NCBI GenBank assembly: GCA_963666345.1
Contig: OY762721.1
Location: 2,816,001 to 2,880,000 of the forward strand
Length of the DNA stretch: 64,000 nt
Direction of reading: 5' to 3'
From: Desulfatiglandales bacterium
GTDB taxonomy: Bacteria; Desulfobacterota; DSM-4660; Desulfatiglandales; Desulfatiglandaceae
This document shows positions 19,767 to 28,696 of this stretch, one piece after another; position 1 is the stretch's first letter, and each line of letters opens with the position of its first letter. The notes below the pieces were generated by a model. The model ran no database searches. It was not told the origin of the DNA and saw only the letters and a list, made by a program, of their open reading frames with translations. The position numbers and the translations under genes were made by a program.

Positions 19767-20971
19767 TTTAGAATTTTAACCTTTTCTTTTCCCGGTTTCC
19801 AGAAGCTGGTGAGAGGTGTAAAAGTCTGATCTTCGTTAATCTTAACAATTCTTGCGGTAAAGGATGCGCTGTGGTCGGTTTCGGTGTAGGTGATGTTTGG
19901 TACAAGCCCTCCGAAGCTTTCATCCCTGAATGTTTCAAGGGCCTTATTTATTGTTTCGCTATCTACCTTGCCGAATTTTTCGTGTGCCCTGAGAAAGGCC
20001 TTTTCCATTATAGCGGCTATGGTTACACCCTCCCAGTAGGCGGTATCAAATTTTGACACGGTCTTGTATCTTTTCCATAATTCCTGAATCAGCTCCATCC
20101 CGGGCGTATTATCGGCGGGAAGACAACCGGGAAACTGCATATGCATGCGGTCCCTTATAGTGCCTTTACCCCTTTTGAAGAAATCGGGGTCAGTGGATGT
20201 CCAGGTGCCGAAAAAGGGAACGTCATATTTAGCCCTGTCAGAGGCTTGGAGTGCCATGATAATGGCGGAAGGCAGGCATTGCATAAAAATATACTCTGCT
20301 CCGGCATCCTTGAGCTTCAGAAGTTCTGTGTTGAGGTCAAGGGTTTTAGGGGGAAACTGTTCGATGCTTACTATGTTAATCCCGTGGGATCCCGCATATT
20401 CCTTGCTGGGGTCGTGGATGGATTTGCCATAGGCGTTATTGTAGGTCAAAAGCCCCACTTTTGGTGGGTTGCTGCCCTTGTGGATATTCTTAATATATTC
20501 CAGTACGGCGTAGCAATCCATGACGTAACTTCCGAAAGGCAGATAGGCGTAATTAACCGGAGGTTTTAGGATTCCTTGATAAGTGGAGTAATTTATATTC
20601 GGAATTTTGTACTTCTGGATTATGGGTTTGACCATTATTCCCGAGCCTGCGTCCCAGGTGGCTATCATGTCCATGTTGTCCTGAGTACAAAACTTTTTGA
20701 CATACTTAATTGCTTCAGGGACTTTGTAGGCGTGATCGACGACTGTCAGATCAATCTTCATCCCCGCAATTCCGCCCTTTACATCGTTGACATAGCGAAA
20801 ATAGTCCTGATGTCCTTTGGCATGGAACTGTCCCCATGTTGAGGCCGGACCGGTTAGATTAATCACTGCACCTACTTTTATGTCTTTCGCAGCGGTTCCG
20901 GTAACAGATCCTATAATGACCATCCCTACTACGGCTAACGAGACTGTTGCCAAAATACATAGCTTTCGCAT
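19763..20971 (-). CDS. ABC transporter substrate-binding protein (LivK-like, type I periplasmic)
   Basis: Signal peptide, IKVGAVINLTGP and NAYG motifs; first gene of the Liv-type operon. Confidence 0.85.
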   Translation of the reverse strand: MRKLCILATVSLAVVGMVIIGSVTGTAAKDIKVGAVINLTGPASTWGQFHAKGHQDYFRYVNDVKGGIAGMKIDLTVVDHAYKVPEAIKYVKKFCTQDNMDMIATWDAGSGIMVKPIIQKYKIPNINYSTYQGILKPPVNYAYLPFGSYVMDCYAVLEYIKNIHKGSNPPKVGLLTYNNAYGKSIHDPSKEYAGSHGINIVSIEQFPPKTLDLNTELLKLKDAGAEYIFMQCLPSAIIMALQASDRAKYDVPFFGTWTSTDPDFFKRGKGTIRDRMHMQFPGCLPADNTPGMELIQELWKRYKTVSKFDTAYWEGVTIAAIMEKAFLRAHEKFGKVDSETINKALETFRDESFGGLVPNITYTETDHSASFTARIVKINEDQTFTPLTSFWKPGKEKVKILK

Positions 20972-21180
20972 TGCCTCTCCTCCTTTAATAAAGAGTTAAT
21001 TGCTTTTCCCCGAGGCCTATCTTCATTTATCACCTTCCTTTCCATAGTGGTTTAATTCCGATTGAATCTAGTTCAATATGACATTTTTTGTCAAGAGATA
21101 TTAAGCTATTTGTCGGCTATTTTTTTTATTTGCTACTAAAAAACCTTGACACATGCCAAATGGGGTGGTAATTCTTTCTT

Positions 21181-21200
21181 ATGAATGAATAGTCATTCAT
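21181..21200. promoter_or_regulatory. TetR/FadR(YsiA)-type operator palindrome
   Basis: ATGAATGA-ATAG-TCATTCAT, downstream of TTGACA (21146) and upstream of the TetR gene. Confidence 0.75.
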
Positions 21201-21224
21201 TATTACTTATATTGATAAAATAAA

Positions 21225-21815
21225 ATGAGTAAAAGAAAGAATAACATAAAGTATTTCAAAATAATAGATGCAGCCACTAAGGTTTTCGCAAAAAGAGGCT
21301 TTTATCAGGCAAAGATATCGGAGATTGCCAAAGAAGCCGGAATAGCCGATGGGACTGTGTATATTTATTTTGAAAACAAGGATGATATCCTGATTTCCCT
21401 GTTTGAGGAACAGATGAAATCTGTTCTGAATAATATGGTTTCCCGGATTTCCGAGGAGGATGACCCTGTTAGGAAGTTTGAGATATTTGCGCTGACCCAC
21501 CTCAGGTTGATCGAAGAACACAAGGATATGGCTGAGATCATACAGGTCGAATTGAGGCAGAGCAGCAAATTTATGAAAGAGTACCGCAACGAGAAATTCG
21601 CCCAGTATCTTGACATAATAGGTGAGATTATACTGGAAGGTCAAAAGGAGGGGACCTTTAAAAGGGATGTCGTTCCCGGTATAGCCAAAAGGGCTTTTTT
21701 CGGGGCTCTAGACGAGATGTCACGATTCTGGGTATTGTCAAGCAGAAAACAGTATGATATTAGGACTGCTGCAAGGCAGATAACCAGCTTTTTTTTAGAG
21801 GGAATCAGGGCATAG
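21225..21815 (+). CDS. TetR-family regulator, resembling Bacillus FadR (YsiA)
   Basis: N-terminal HTH IAKEAGIADGTVYIYFENKDDIL; QVELRQS and FGALDE motifs of the YsiA-type C-terminal domain. Confidence 0.85.
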   Translation: MSKRKNNIKYFKIIDAATKVFAKRGFYQAKISEIAKEAGIADGTVYIYFENKDDILISLFEEQMKSVLNNMVSRISEEDDPVRKFEIFALTHLRLIEEHKDMAEIIQVELRQSSKFMKEYRNEKFAQYLDIIGEIILEGQKEGTFKRDVVPGIAKRAFFGALDEMSRFWVLSSRKQYDIRTAARQITSFFLEGIRA

Positions 21816-22117
21816 ATCATTTGCAGACCAAAGGGTCAATCTGCTCTCTATTTTTTATCGCACCTGCGCGAATTATACTTCTTGAAATAAGCGATCGCCA
21901 TCTATAATGTCGGTTTGATCCGAACCTAATCCGGTTTTCTATCCTAAAGGTCTGCATGAGAGTCTCCCGTGTTACAGCCGTTTGCCGGCAATGCCCCTTT
22001 ACATTTTGTAAAAATGATTGACAGTTCTGCCAGATAAATAATGTGTTACGCAGCATTAAATCCTTGAATCTTGGCTGTTCTCTTTAAGATAAAGGCCTTT
22101 TTGAATGTTCCATCCTT

Positions 22118-22281
22118 TGATGGTAAGTTAAAAAGGCAAGATTGAGACGGCACGGTAAGAGGTTCTAATGCAAATATTGAGAGCAATGATAAATAGTTAT
22201 CCCGCTTCCAGCGGGATTGCTGTGATGAAAGATCAAGCATACCGCTTGAGGCGGGACAGTCGGACTTTTACGAAGCCGTCA
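22118..22281. repeat. Degenerate inverted-repeat (MITE/REP-like) element
   Basis: GACGGCnnnGTAAnAG (22146) is inverted relative to CTTTTACGAAGCCGTC (22265-22280); internal hairpins CCCGCTTCCAGCGGG and CCGCTTGAGGCGG. Confidence 0.4.
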
Positions 22282-22286
22282 GCCTT

Positions 22287-22302
22287 TGGCATATCATTTG
22301 CT
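22287..22302 (+). promoter_or_regulatory. Sigma54 -24/-12 promoter upstream of etfBA
   Basis: TGGCAT-ATCAT-TTGCT with canonical GG-N10-GC spacing. Confidence 0.55.
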
Positions 22303-22503
22303 GTATAATAGGGATATCAAAGGGGGAAAGGGTTTCTGCTGCAGTAAAAATTAAAACATTTTGACAAGGGGTGCTCTTGGTATTGGCCATTGGTATTTTG
22401 GTGGAAATTATGTCGGTGGGCCTGAATTCTTTTGCAATTTTATTGGCTCAATTGAATGTTGACGAAGGTTTTTAGAACTGATGCATGATGAAAGGAGGCT
22501 AAA

Positions 22504-23298
22504 GTGAATATTATTGTATGCTTGAAACAGGTGCCGGATACGGAAACCCAGATCAAAATTGCTTCTGACGGTAAGAGTATTGTTTCAGATGACATAAAAT
22601 GGGTAATGAACCCCTATGATGAATATGGAGTGGAAGAGGCCCTTCGGCTCAAGGAAAAATTCGGAGGCGAGGTGACGGTTGTAGGGCTGGGTCCGAAGCG
22701 GGTGACCGAGTCGATCAGGACGGCCCTGGCCATGGGAGCGGACAAGGGGGTTCTGATAAGCGAAGAGGCTCTGGAGGGAAGCGATTCCACTGCTACGGCC
22801 AAGGCGATTGGGGCGGCGATAAAAGATCTCGAATATGATCTTATTTTCACAGGTCAGAGAGGCGTGGATGATGATTCTGGTGTTGTGGGAGCGACTATTG
22901 CCGAATACTTGGGGATTCCTCAGGCCTCTATAATAACGAAGGTGGAGGTTGCGGAAGACGGTAAGTCAGTAAAGGTAACGAGGCCTGTGGAGGGAGAATC
23001 TCTCGTAATCGAATCGAGCCTTCCCTGTGTCATTACTGCGCAGAAGGGACTTAACGAACCGAGGTATGCATCATTGCCCGGCATTATGAAGGCGAAGAAG
23101 AAACCACTTGAAGAAAAGACCCTGGCGGATCTCGGATTGGATTCCTCGGAATTTGGTGAAAGCGCGCGCAAGTTGAAAATCCTTGAATTGATACCACCTC
23201 CGCAGAGGGAGGCCGGTAAGATCGTGGAGGGTGAGACACCCGAGGAAAAGGCCTCTGAATTGGCGAGATTGCTAAGGGAAGAGGCAAAGGTGATCTAA
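22504..23298 (+). CDS. etfB: Electron transfer flavoprotein beta subunit
   Basis: IIVCLKQVPDT, NPYDEYGVEEAL and NEPRYASLPGIMKAKKKP motifs. Confidence 0.95.
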   Translation: MNIIVCLKQVPDTETQIKIASDGKSIVSDDIKWVMNPYDEYGVEEALRLKEKFGGEVTVVGLGPKRVTESIRTALAMGADKGVLISEEALEGSDSTATAKAIGAAIKDLEYDLIFTGQRGVDDDSGVVGATIAEYLGIPQASIITKVEVAEDGKSVKVTRPVEGESLVIESSLPCVITAQKGLNEPRYASLPGIMKAKKKPLEEKTLADLGLDSSEFGESARKLKILELIPPPQREAGKIVEGETPEEKASELARLLREEAKVI

Positions 23299-23391
23299 AT
23301 GTAGGCGGTGAGGTTAACCCTCAGATATTTCAAGCAGGAATGCGCAGGATCAGCTGAATGAAACCCAATTAATGTCGAGGAGATATACGAT

Positions 23392-24375
23392 ATGGCACAG
23401 GGAGTTTGGACAGTAGCGGAACAAAGAGACGGAGAGATAAGAAAGCTTACATATGAAATTGTGAGTGAAGGCCGACGTCTGGCAGATGCGATGGGCCAGG
23501 AACTGACAGTCCTTTTGCTTGGATCAAACATCAGGGAGAAGGCCTCTGAGTTGGGGAAATACGGGGCAGACAAGGTAATAGTAGCTGATGATCCGAGACT
23601 TGAAGTCTATACGACGGATGCATATGTCTCGGTCGTAGCCGAGCTGGCGGAGGCAGGCGAGCCCGCCTTTTTGCTCTTCGGCGCGTCGGTTCAGGGAAAA
23701 GACCTGTCGGCAAGAGTGTCCGCAAGGCTGGGAGTGGCAGTGGCACAGGACTGTACCGAGTTTTCAACCGAGGAAGGCAGACTGGTTGCGGTCAGACCTA
23801 TCTATGCGGGCAAAGCGTATGCAAGGGTTACCTTTGAGAACAGCTGGCCCAACATGGCTACGGCAAGGCCGAATGTGATGAGCATAGGCGAACCCGATAC
23901 ATCAAGGAGCGCTGAAGTAGTTGATGGGAGTTTCAGCCTGGACGACGGTGCGTTAAAGACCAGGGTGGTGGAGCGGCTCAAGGATGAAAGCGGTAAACTG
24001 GACCTTACAGAGGCTGACAAGATCGTGTCAGGCGGAAGGGGCATGAAAGGCCCTGAAAACTATGCGATACTTGAAGAACTGGCGGATCAGATAGGCGCCA
24101 CGGTGGGTGCCTCCCGTTCAGCCGTTGATGCGGGGTGGAGACCTCATTCGGATCAGGTGGGTCAAACAGGCAAGGTGGTTTCACCCAATCTCTATATCGC
24201 CTGCGGGATTTCAGGCGCAATTCAGCATCTGGCAGGCATGAGTACTTCCAAGGTAATAGTGGCGATTAACAAGGATCCGGACGCCCCTATCTTCCAGAAG
24301 GCCGACTATGGAGTCGTGGGTGATCTTTTTAATGTTGTTCCCGCCCTTAAAGAGGCTATAATCAAGATGCAATGA
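23392..24375 (+). CDS. etfA: Electron transfer flavoprotein alpha subunit
   Basis: VSGGRG, QVGQTGK, GISGAIQHLAGM and AINKD motifs. Confidence 0.95.
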   Translation: MAQGVWTVAEQRDGEIRKLTYEIVSEGRRLADAMGQELTVLLLGSNIREKASELGKYGADKVIVADDPRLEVYTTDAYVSVVAELAEAGEPAFLLFGASVQGKDLSARVSARLGVAVAQDCTEFSTEEGRLVAVRPIYAGKAYARVTFENSWPNMATARPNVMSIGEPDTSRSAEVVDGSFSLDDGALKTRVVERLKDESGKLDLTEADKIVSGGRGMKGPENYAILEELADQIGATVGASRSAVDAGWRPHSDQVGQTGKVVSPNLYIACGISGAIQHLAGMSTSKVIVAINKDPDAPIFQKADYGVVGDLFNVVPALKEAIIKMQ

Positions 24376-24760
24376 TGAAGGGGAGGGCTTCGATGGTCCA
24401 ATGTTCCGCCCCTGACCGGTTTATGCCTTGTCATGGGTAGTTGCGGACCGTTTAAGTTGGTCAACCAGCCATAAGGCTTTTGGTGCCGTGCTCATGAGGC
24501 CTTTTTGCCCCAAGCGCAGCGATTTACGGATGAGTCAATAATATCGAGCAACTTCTATAAAAGGCCCGGCCGCCCGTTATGAATCAATGCGGGCTGCAGG
24601 GCTTTTCTTTTTTCAGCGTGATTTTTGGGCCTTATCTTGCCTTTTGAGGGCATTTCTCCTTTAGCTGGAGATCGTACCGGTATTTTGTTAATATTATGCG
24701 GCATTATTTGATTGACAAAACAGAAGATTTTTATAGGATTGCACCTGTTATCCCTTTAAC

Positions 24761-24837
24761 GGCGGTGTAGCTCAGATGGTCAGAGCATGCGGCTCATATC
24801 CGCAGAGTCACTGGTTCAAATCCAGTCACCGCCACCA
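24761..24837 (+). tRNA. tRNA-Met (CAT), probably elongator
   Basis: Acceptor stem GGCGGTG/CACCGCC, anticodon arm TGCGG-CTCATAT-CCGCA, T-loop GGTTCAAATCC, encoded CCA; upstream TTGACA-16 bp-TAGGAT. Confidence 0.95.
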
Positions 24838-24923
24838 TTGAAAAATCTGGTCTCATCTATTGACATTTATCCCGGGGACCTTAATTTCTGCACGTGAGCC
24901 TTTCTGGTATATGAGGTACGACT

Positions 24924-25460
24924 GTGCAGTCATTTACTCCTAGTGAAATAAACGCTGTCAGTGACGCCTTGGAGGTCGCAGAAGAGGTGACAGCCAATTT
25001 TTATAAATTTTCCGGCGGCCAGTGGAAAAGGTTCCATTACGATATCAAAACGCTTCTTTCCCTCAAGGGGGAGGAGATTACAAATGACGCATTTGCCCTA
25101 TTGAACAAGGGCATAAGAGTAATCGACGAATTTGAATCAATAACAAAAAAGAGGGATTTTTATTATATATGCCTCCAGGATCATCAGATTTTGAAGGCAT
25201 TGAACAGAGATAATTATTTGGGGCTGTTTCCGCTTCTTGTCTATATATTGACTCATGAACTGGTCCATGTGGTGAGGTTCTGTAGCTATCTTCAGCGATT
25301 TGGACTTTCCAGCGAAGAGCGGGAAAAGGAGGAGCGTGTTGTTCATGCGACTACTTTTGATATTCTGAACGGTCTTCCGATGAACCGCTTGGGCTATGTC
25401 CTTGAATCTTATAAAGACCACAGATTATGCTCTTTCGGTTCCTGCAGCAACCCTAATTGA
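24924..25460 (+). CDS. Hypothetical protein with HExxH motif
   Basis: LTHELVHVV motif; GAGG ribosome-binding site before GTG. Confidence 0.7.
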   Translation: MQSFTPSEINAVSDALEVAEEVTANFYKFSGGQWKRFHYDIKTLLSLKGEEITNDAFALLNKGIRVIDEFESITKKRDFYYICLQDHQILKALNRDNYLGLFPLLVYILTHELVHVVRFCSYLQRFGLSSEEREKEERVVHATTFDILNGLPMNRLGYVLESYKDHRLCSFGSCSNPN

Positions 25461-25483
25461 TATACCATGGAGGCGAATTTCAA

Positions 25484-25771
25484 ATGCCGGTTTATGAATA
25501 TGAATGTACAAAATGCGGAAGTCACAAAGAGGCTATACAGAAATTTTCCGATGAACCTCTCACTGAATGCGAATTTTGCGGAGGGGAACTTAAAAAATTA
25601 ATTTCCCAAAGCACCTTCCATCTAAAAGGCACCGGTTGGTATGTAACCGATTATGCCTCTAAATCTTCTTCAAATCAGACGGGCCTTTCAAAGGCTAAAG
25701 AACCTTCCAAGGTCGAGACAAAGACGCCTTCCCAAAAGAGCGCCAAGAAGGAGACGAAAGATTCCCAGTAA
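25484..25771 (+). CDS. FmdB-family zinc-ribbon protein
   Basis: [12 protein letters not shown]...CEFCGG...[13 protein letters not shown]. Confidence 0.9.
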   Translation: MPVYEYECTKCGSHKEAIQKFSDEPLTECEFCGGELKKLISQSTFHLKGTGWYVTDYASKSSSNQTGLSKAKEPSKVETKTPSQKSAKKETKDSQ

Positions 25772-25809
25772 TGGGATGGAAGACATTTAATTGAATGTAA
25801 GGATTTTTT

Positions 25810-26355
25810 ATGCAACCACGAGATACGGGTAGGGTTCAGGAAAAAATACTCAGACAACTGGAAAGGCAGGAGAAAAAACTTGCTTTTCAAAGGGACCGAT
25901 TCTTCAAGTTCAAACTACCGGAAATTCACAGCAAACTGACTCAGACGATCTTGATGAAAAAGGTGATTGAGACAGAAAACCCTGCTCTGTTATCCGATGC
26001 GATCAAAAAGGGTCTCAAAAAGGCCTTAAACAGCTCACAATTTGATTTTGATTATTTCATCGCCCCCCTCAGGAAAATCGTAACCCGTCCAAATCCCTAT
26101 TCACTCTATATGACCCAGTACATAGTGGAGATCCTGGTCGATGACCCGAACGTAATTGACGTATACGGGACAGATGAAGAGATATACCATATCGTAAACG
26201 AGGTATTCAGCCAGATCAATATCCAGTTCGAAAGGGCTGAGGAAGAGATAATCGGGAATCTGGCTCGAAACAAATCTCTTATGCCGGGAACAAGAGAGTA
26301 TGACATAGCCTTGGATGAACTTACCCGTAAAGCCTTTGGTAATCCGCAAAAATAA
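25810..26355 (+). CDS. Hypothetical protein (possibly DUF507-like)
   Basis: Clean ORF in operon-like position; the family guess rests on weak resemblance only. Confidence 0.6.
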   Translation: MQPRDTGRVQEKILRQLERQEKKLAFQRDRFFKFKLPEIHSKLTQTILMKKVIETENPALLSDAIKKGLKKALNSSQFDFDYFIAPLRKIVTRPNPYSLYMTQYIVEILVDDPNVIDVYGTDEEIYHIVNEVFSQINIQFERAEEEIIGNLARNKSLMPGTREYDIALDELTRKAFGNPQK

Positions 26356-26382
26356 TACGGATATTAGAGATAGGAATTTTCC

Positions 26383-27330
26383 ATGAAAGAAAAAATCGCA
26401 TTTCTGTTTCCCGGACAGGGTTCTCAAGAAGTAGGCATGGGCCGGGACCTGTATGATAATTATTCTTCTTCAAAAGAGATCTTCCAGCAGGTGGACGAGA
26501 TCTGTAATAGGCCTATTTCAAGGATATGCTTCGAAGGTCCCATGGACAAATTGACTGTCACAGATACGCTCCAACCGGCTATAACCGCTGTAAGCGTCTC
26601 CTGCCTCACTGCCTTAAGGGAGTCGGGGGTGGAGGCGGATATTTCCGCCGGGCACAGCGTCGGCGAATACCCTGCGCTTGTTTCGGCCGGAGTAATAAGT
26701 GCCCGTGACTCTCTCAGGCTTGCACAAAAAAGGGGCGAGCTTATGAATCGGGAGGCCGTAAATAATCCGGGCGGAATGGCCGCAATAATAGGTATGGACA
26801 TGAAGGCCGTAATGGAGATAGTTGCCGAGGCCCGGGCCAGAGGTATTATCGATGTGGCAAACCATAATACGGCTCAACAGATAGTGATTACCGGGGAGAA
26901 AGAGGCCCTTGGCTATGCGGTTGAACTTGTCAAGGCAAGAAAGGCGAGGGCTATCCCACTGAAGGTAAGCGGTGCCTGGCACTCAAGATTGATGAAAGCG
27001 GCCTACAAGGATTTTGTTGATTTTTTAAAGGATATACCATTTTCAAGGCCGAAATCCCCGATGTTTTTCAATGCAACCGCCCAGGCGGAATCAGATCCTG
27101 AAACCATAAAAGGGATAATGGCAAAGCAGCTTCTCAGTCCGGTCAGGTGGTATGAAATAATTGTAAATATGCTTGAAGCGGGAGTCGTCACCTTTATTGA
27201 GGTAGGCCCCAAAAAGGTCCTTTCAGGTCTTGTGGGCAAGATAGTGCCCGATGATAAGAATGTGAAAATATACAACGTAAGTGGCTTGGAAGGCCTTGAA
27301 AATTTTTTGGCGGAATTCAAGAAGTCCTAG
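26383..27330 (+). CDS. fabD: Malonyl-CoA:ACP transacylase
   Basis: FPGQGSQ, GHSVGEY, VSGAWHS and EVGP motifs. Confidence 0.95.
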   Translation: MKEKIAFLFPGQGSQEVGMGRDLYDNYSSSKEIFQQVDEICNRPISRICFEGPMDKLTVTDTLQPAITAVSVSCLTALRESGVEADISAGHSVGEYPALVSAGVISARDSLRLAQKRGELMNREAVNNPGGMAAIIGMDMKAVMEIVAEARARGIIDVANHNTAQQIVITGEKEALGYAVELVKARKARAIPLKVSGAWHSRLMKAAYKDFVDFLKDIPFSRPKSPMFFNATAQAESDPETIKGIMAKQLLSPVRWYEIIVNMLEAGVVTFIEVGPKKVLSGLVGKIVPDDKNVKIYNVSGLEGLENFLAEFKKS

Positions 27331-27449
27331 ACTCTAAAAAAGATTACCCGTTAGTGAACGGACAAGCACTTTTCTCTTTCCAGGAGATATCTCTTTATCC
27401 TTATGCCACTTTTTTGTATGGGGCCGTATGATTTCTAGGCGTTCTCTTT

Positions 27450-28379
27450 TTATCCGCCGCTAGAAGATTTCCTGTAAAGCCTTCCCTGCCATGTGTCTCT
27501 CTTTTCAAGCATCTGTTCTATCAGTTTGAGGGTACCGTTTTTATCATTTGCCCAGCATGGAGCCAAAAGTTCCGATTTCAAGGGATCCCCGGTCAGCCTT
27601 TGAATAACCATGTCAGGCGGAATCAATTCCAGAAAATCCACCACGAGGCGTGCAAATTCATCCTGCTCAAGACATCTGAAATCCCCCTTTTTGTACATTT
27701 CGGCGAGCTCTGTCCCTTTTACCACATAGAGAAGATGCAGCTTTAAACCATGAATCGGAAGCCCAGCTATGAACCGTGCCGTTTCAAGCATCATCTGCCT
27801 TGTCTCGCCGGGCAGCCCTAGGATGACATGGGCGCACAGTGGTAGGCCGGATCGTTCAATCATGAGCGCGGCCCTTTCAAAGCATTTGACATCATGCCCC
27901 CTGTTGATAAGTTTCAAGGTTCGATCATGCGATGATTGAAGGCCCAGCTCGATCCAGGTCAGATAGTTTTCCTTATAGCCCTTAAGGATTTTCATGACAG
28001 GTTCACTTATGCAGTCAGGTCTTGTGGCTACTGAGAGTCCGACGATGTCATCGTGGCAAAGTGCCCTTTCGTAGAGTAACTTTAGTGCCGGTGGAGGGGC
28101 GTAGGTGTTGGAAAAGGACTGAAAATAGGCAATAAATTTGTGTGCCCCGTAGCGCTTTTTGATAAATGTCTTTGACCTTTCAATCTGTTCTTCAATGCTT
28201 AGGCCGTTTTTAATTAAGGCACCTGAACCGGAGCCCAGGCTGTTACAGAATATGCATCCCCGGCAAGAGATGGTGCCGTCCCTGTTCGGGCACCCAAGGC
28301 CTGCGTCAAGAGAAATCTTATGCACCCTCTGACCGAAATGTTCTCTCAAATAACCGCTGTAAGTCCTGAATCTTTTCAA
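27450..28379 (-). CDS. Radical SAM protein, TIGR01212 (YhcC/YtqA) type
   Basis: CPNRDG...GCIFC, YFQSFSNTY, TRPDC and ELGLQS motifs. Confidence 0.9.
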   Translation of the reverse strand: MKRFRTYSGYLREHFGQRVHKISLDAGLGCPNRDGTISCRGCIFCNSLGSGSGALIKNGLSIEEQIERSKTFIKKRYGAHKFIAYFQSFSNTYAPPPALKLLYERALCHDDIVGLSVATRPDCISEPVMKILKGYKENYLTWIELGLQSSHDRTLKLINRGHDVKCFERAALMIERSGLPLCAHVILGLPGETRQMMLETARFIAGLPIHGLKLHLLYVVKGTELAEMYKKGDFRCLEQDEFARLVVDFLELIPPDMVIQRLTGDPLKSELLAPCWANDKNGTLKLIEQMLEKRDTWQGRLYRKSSSGG

Positions 28380-28696
28380 GTTTGATGCCTTTCAAAAATA
28401 GCATTGATATCCGAATTCATAATATGTAACCCATCAGAAGATAAGCTGTTGAATCCTTGTATCCTTAAGTTTTTTCTTCAGACAAGTTTTAGAAAAACCG
28501 GAAATATTTATAGGGGTGTAATTTTAACCGCTCCGGTCAGCTTTGCTCTTGATTAAAAGGGTCTTTCTGATACTATCAAATCCGCCTTTGAACGCAAACC
28601 GTTTTCATCCCGAGCCTTCGAGCCGATTGAGCCTGCAATATTTCTGAAGGTCTTTGCCTGTATTGAGGCTTTGACCTGCATAGGGGGTTGATTTTT

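Noticed and set aside
24761..25460. Genomic island integrated at tRNA-Met
   Set aside because: No integrase follows the tRNA, I saw no duplicated tRNA 3' end, and the downstream genes look like core genes.
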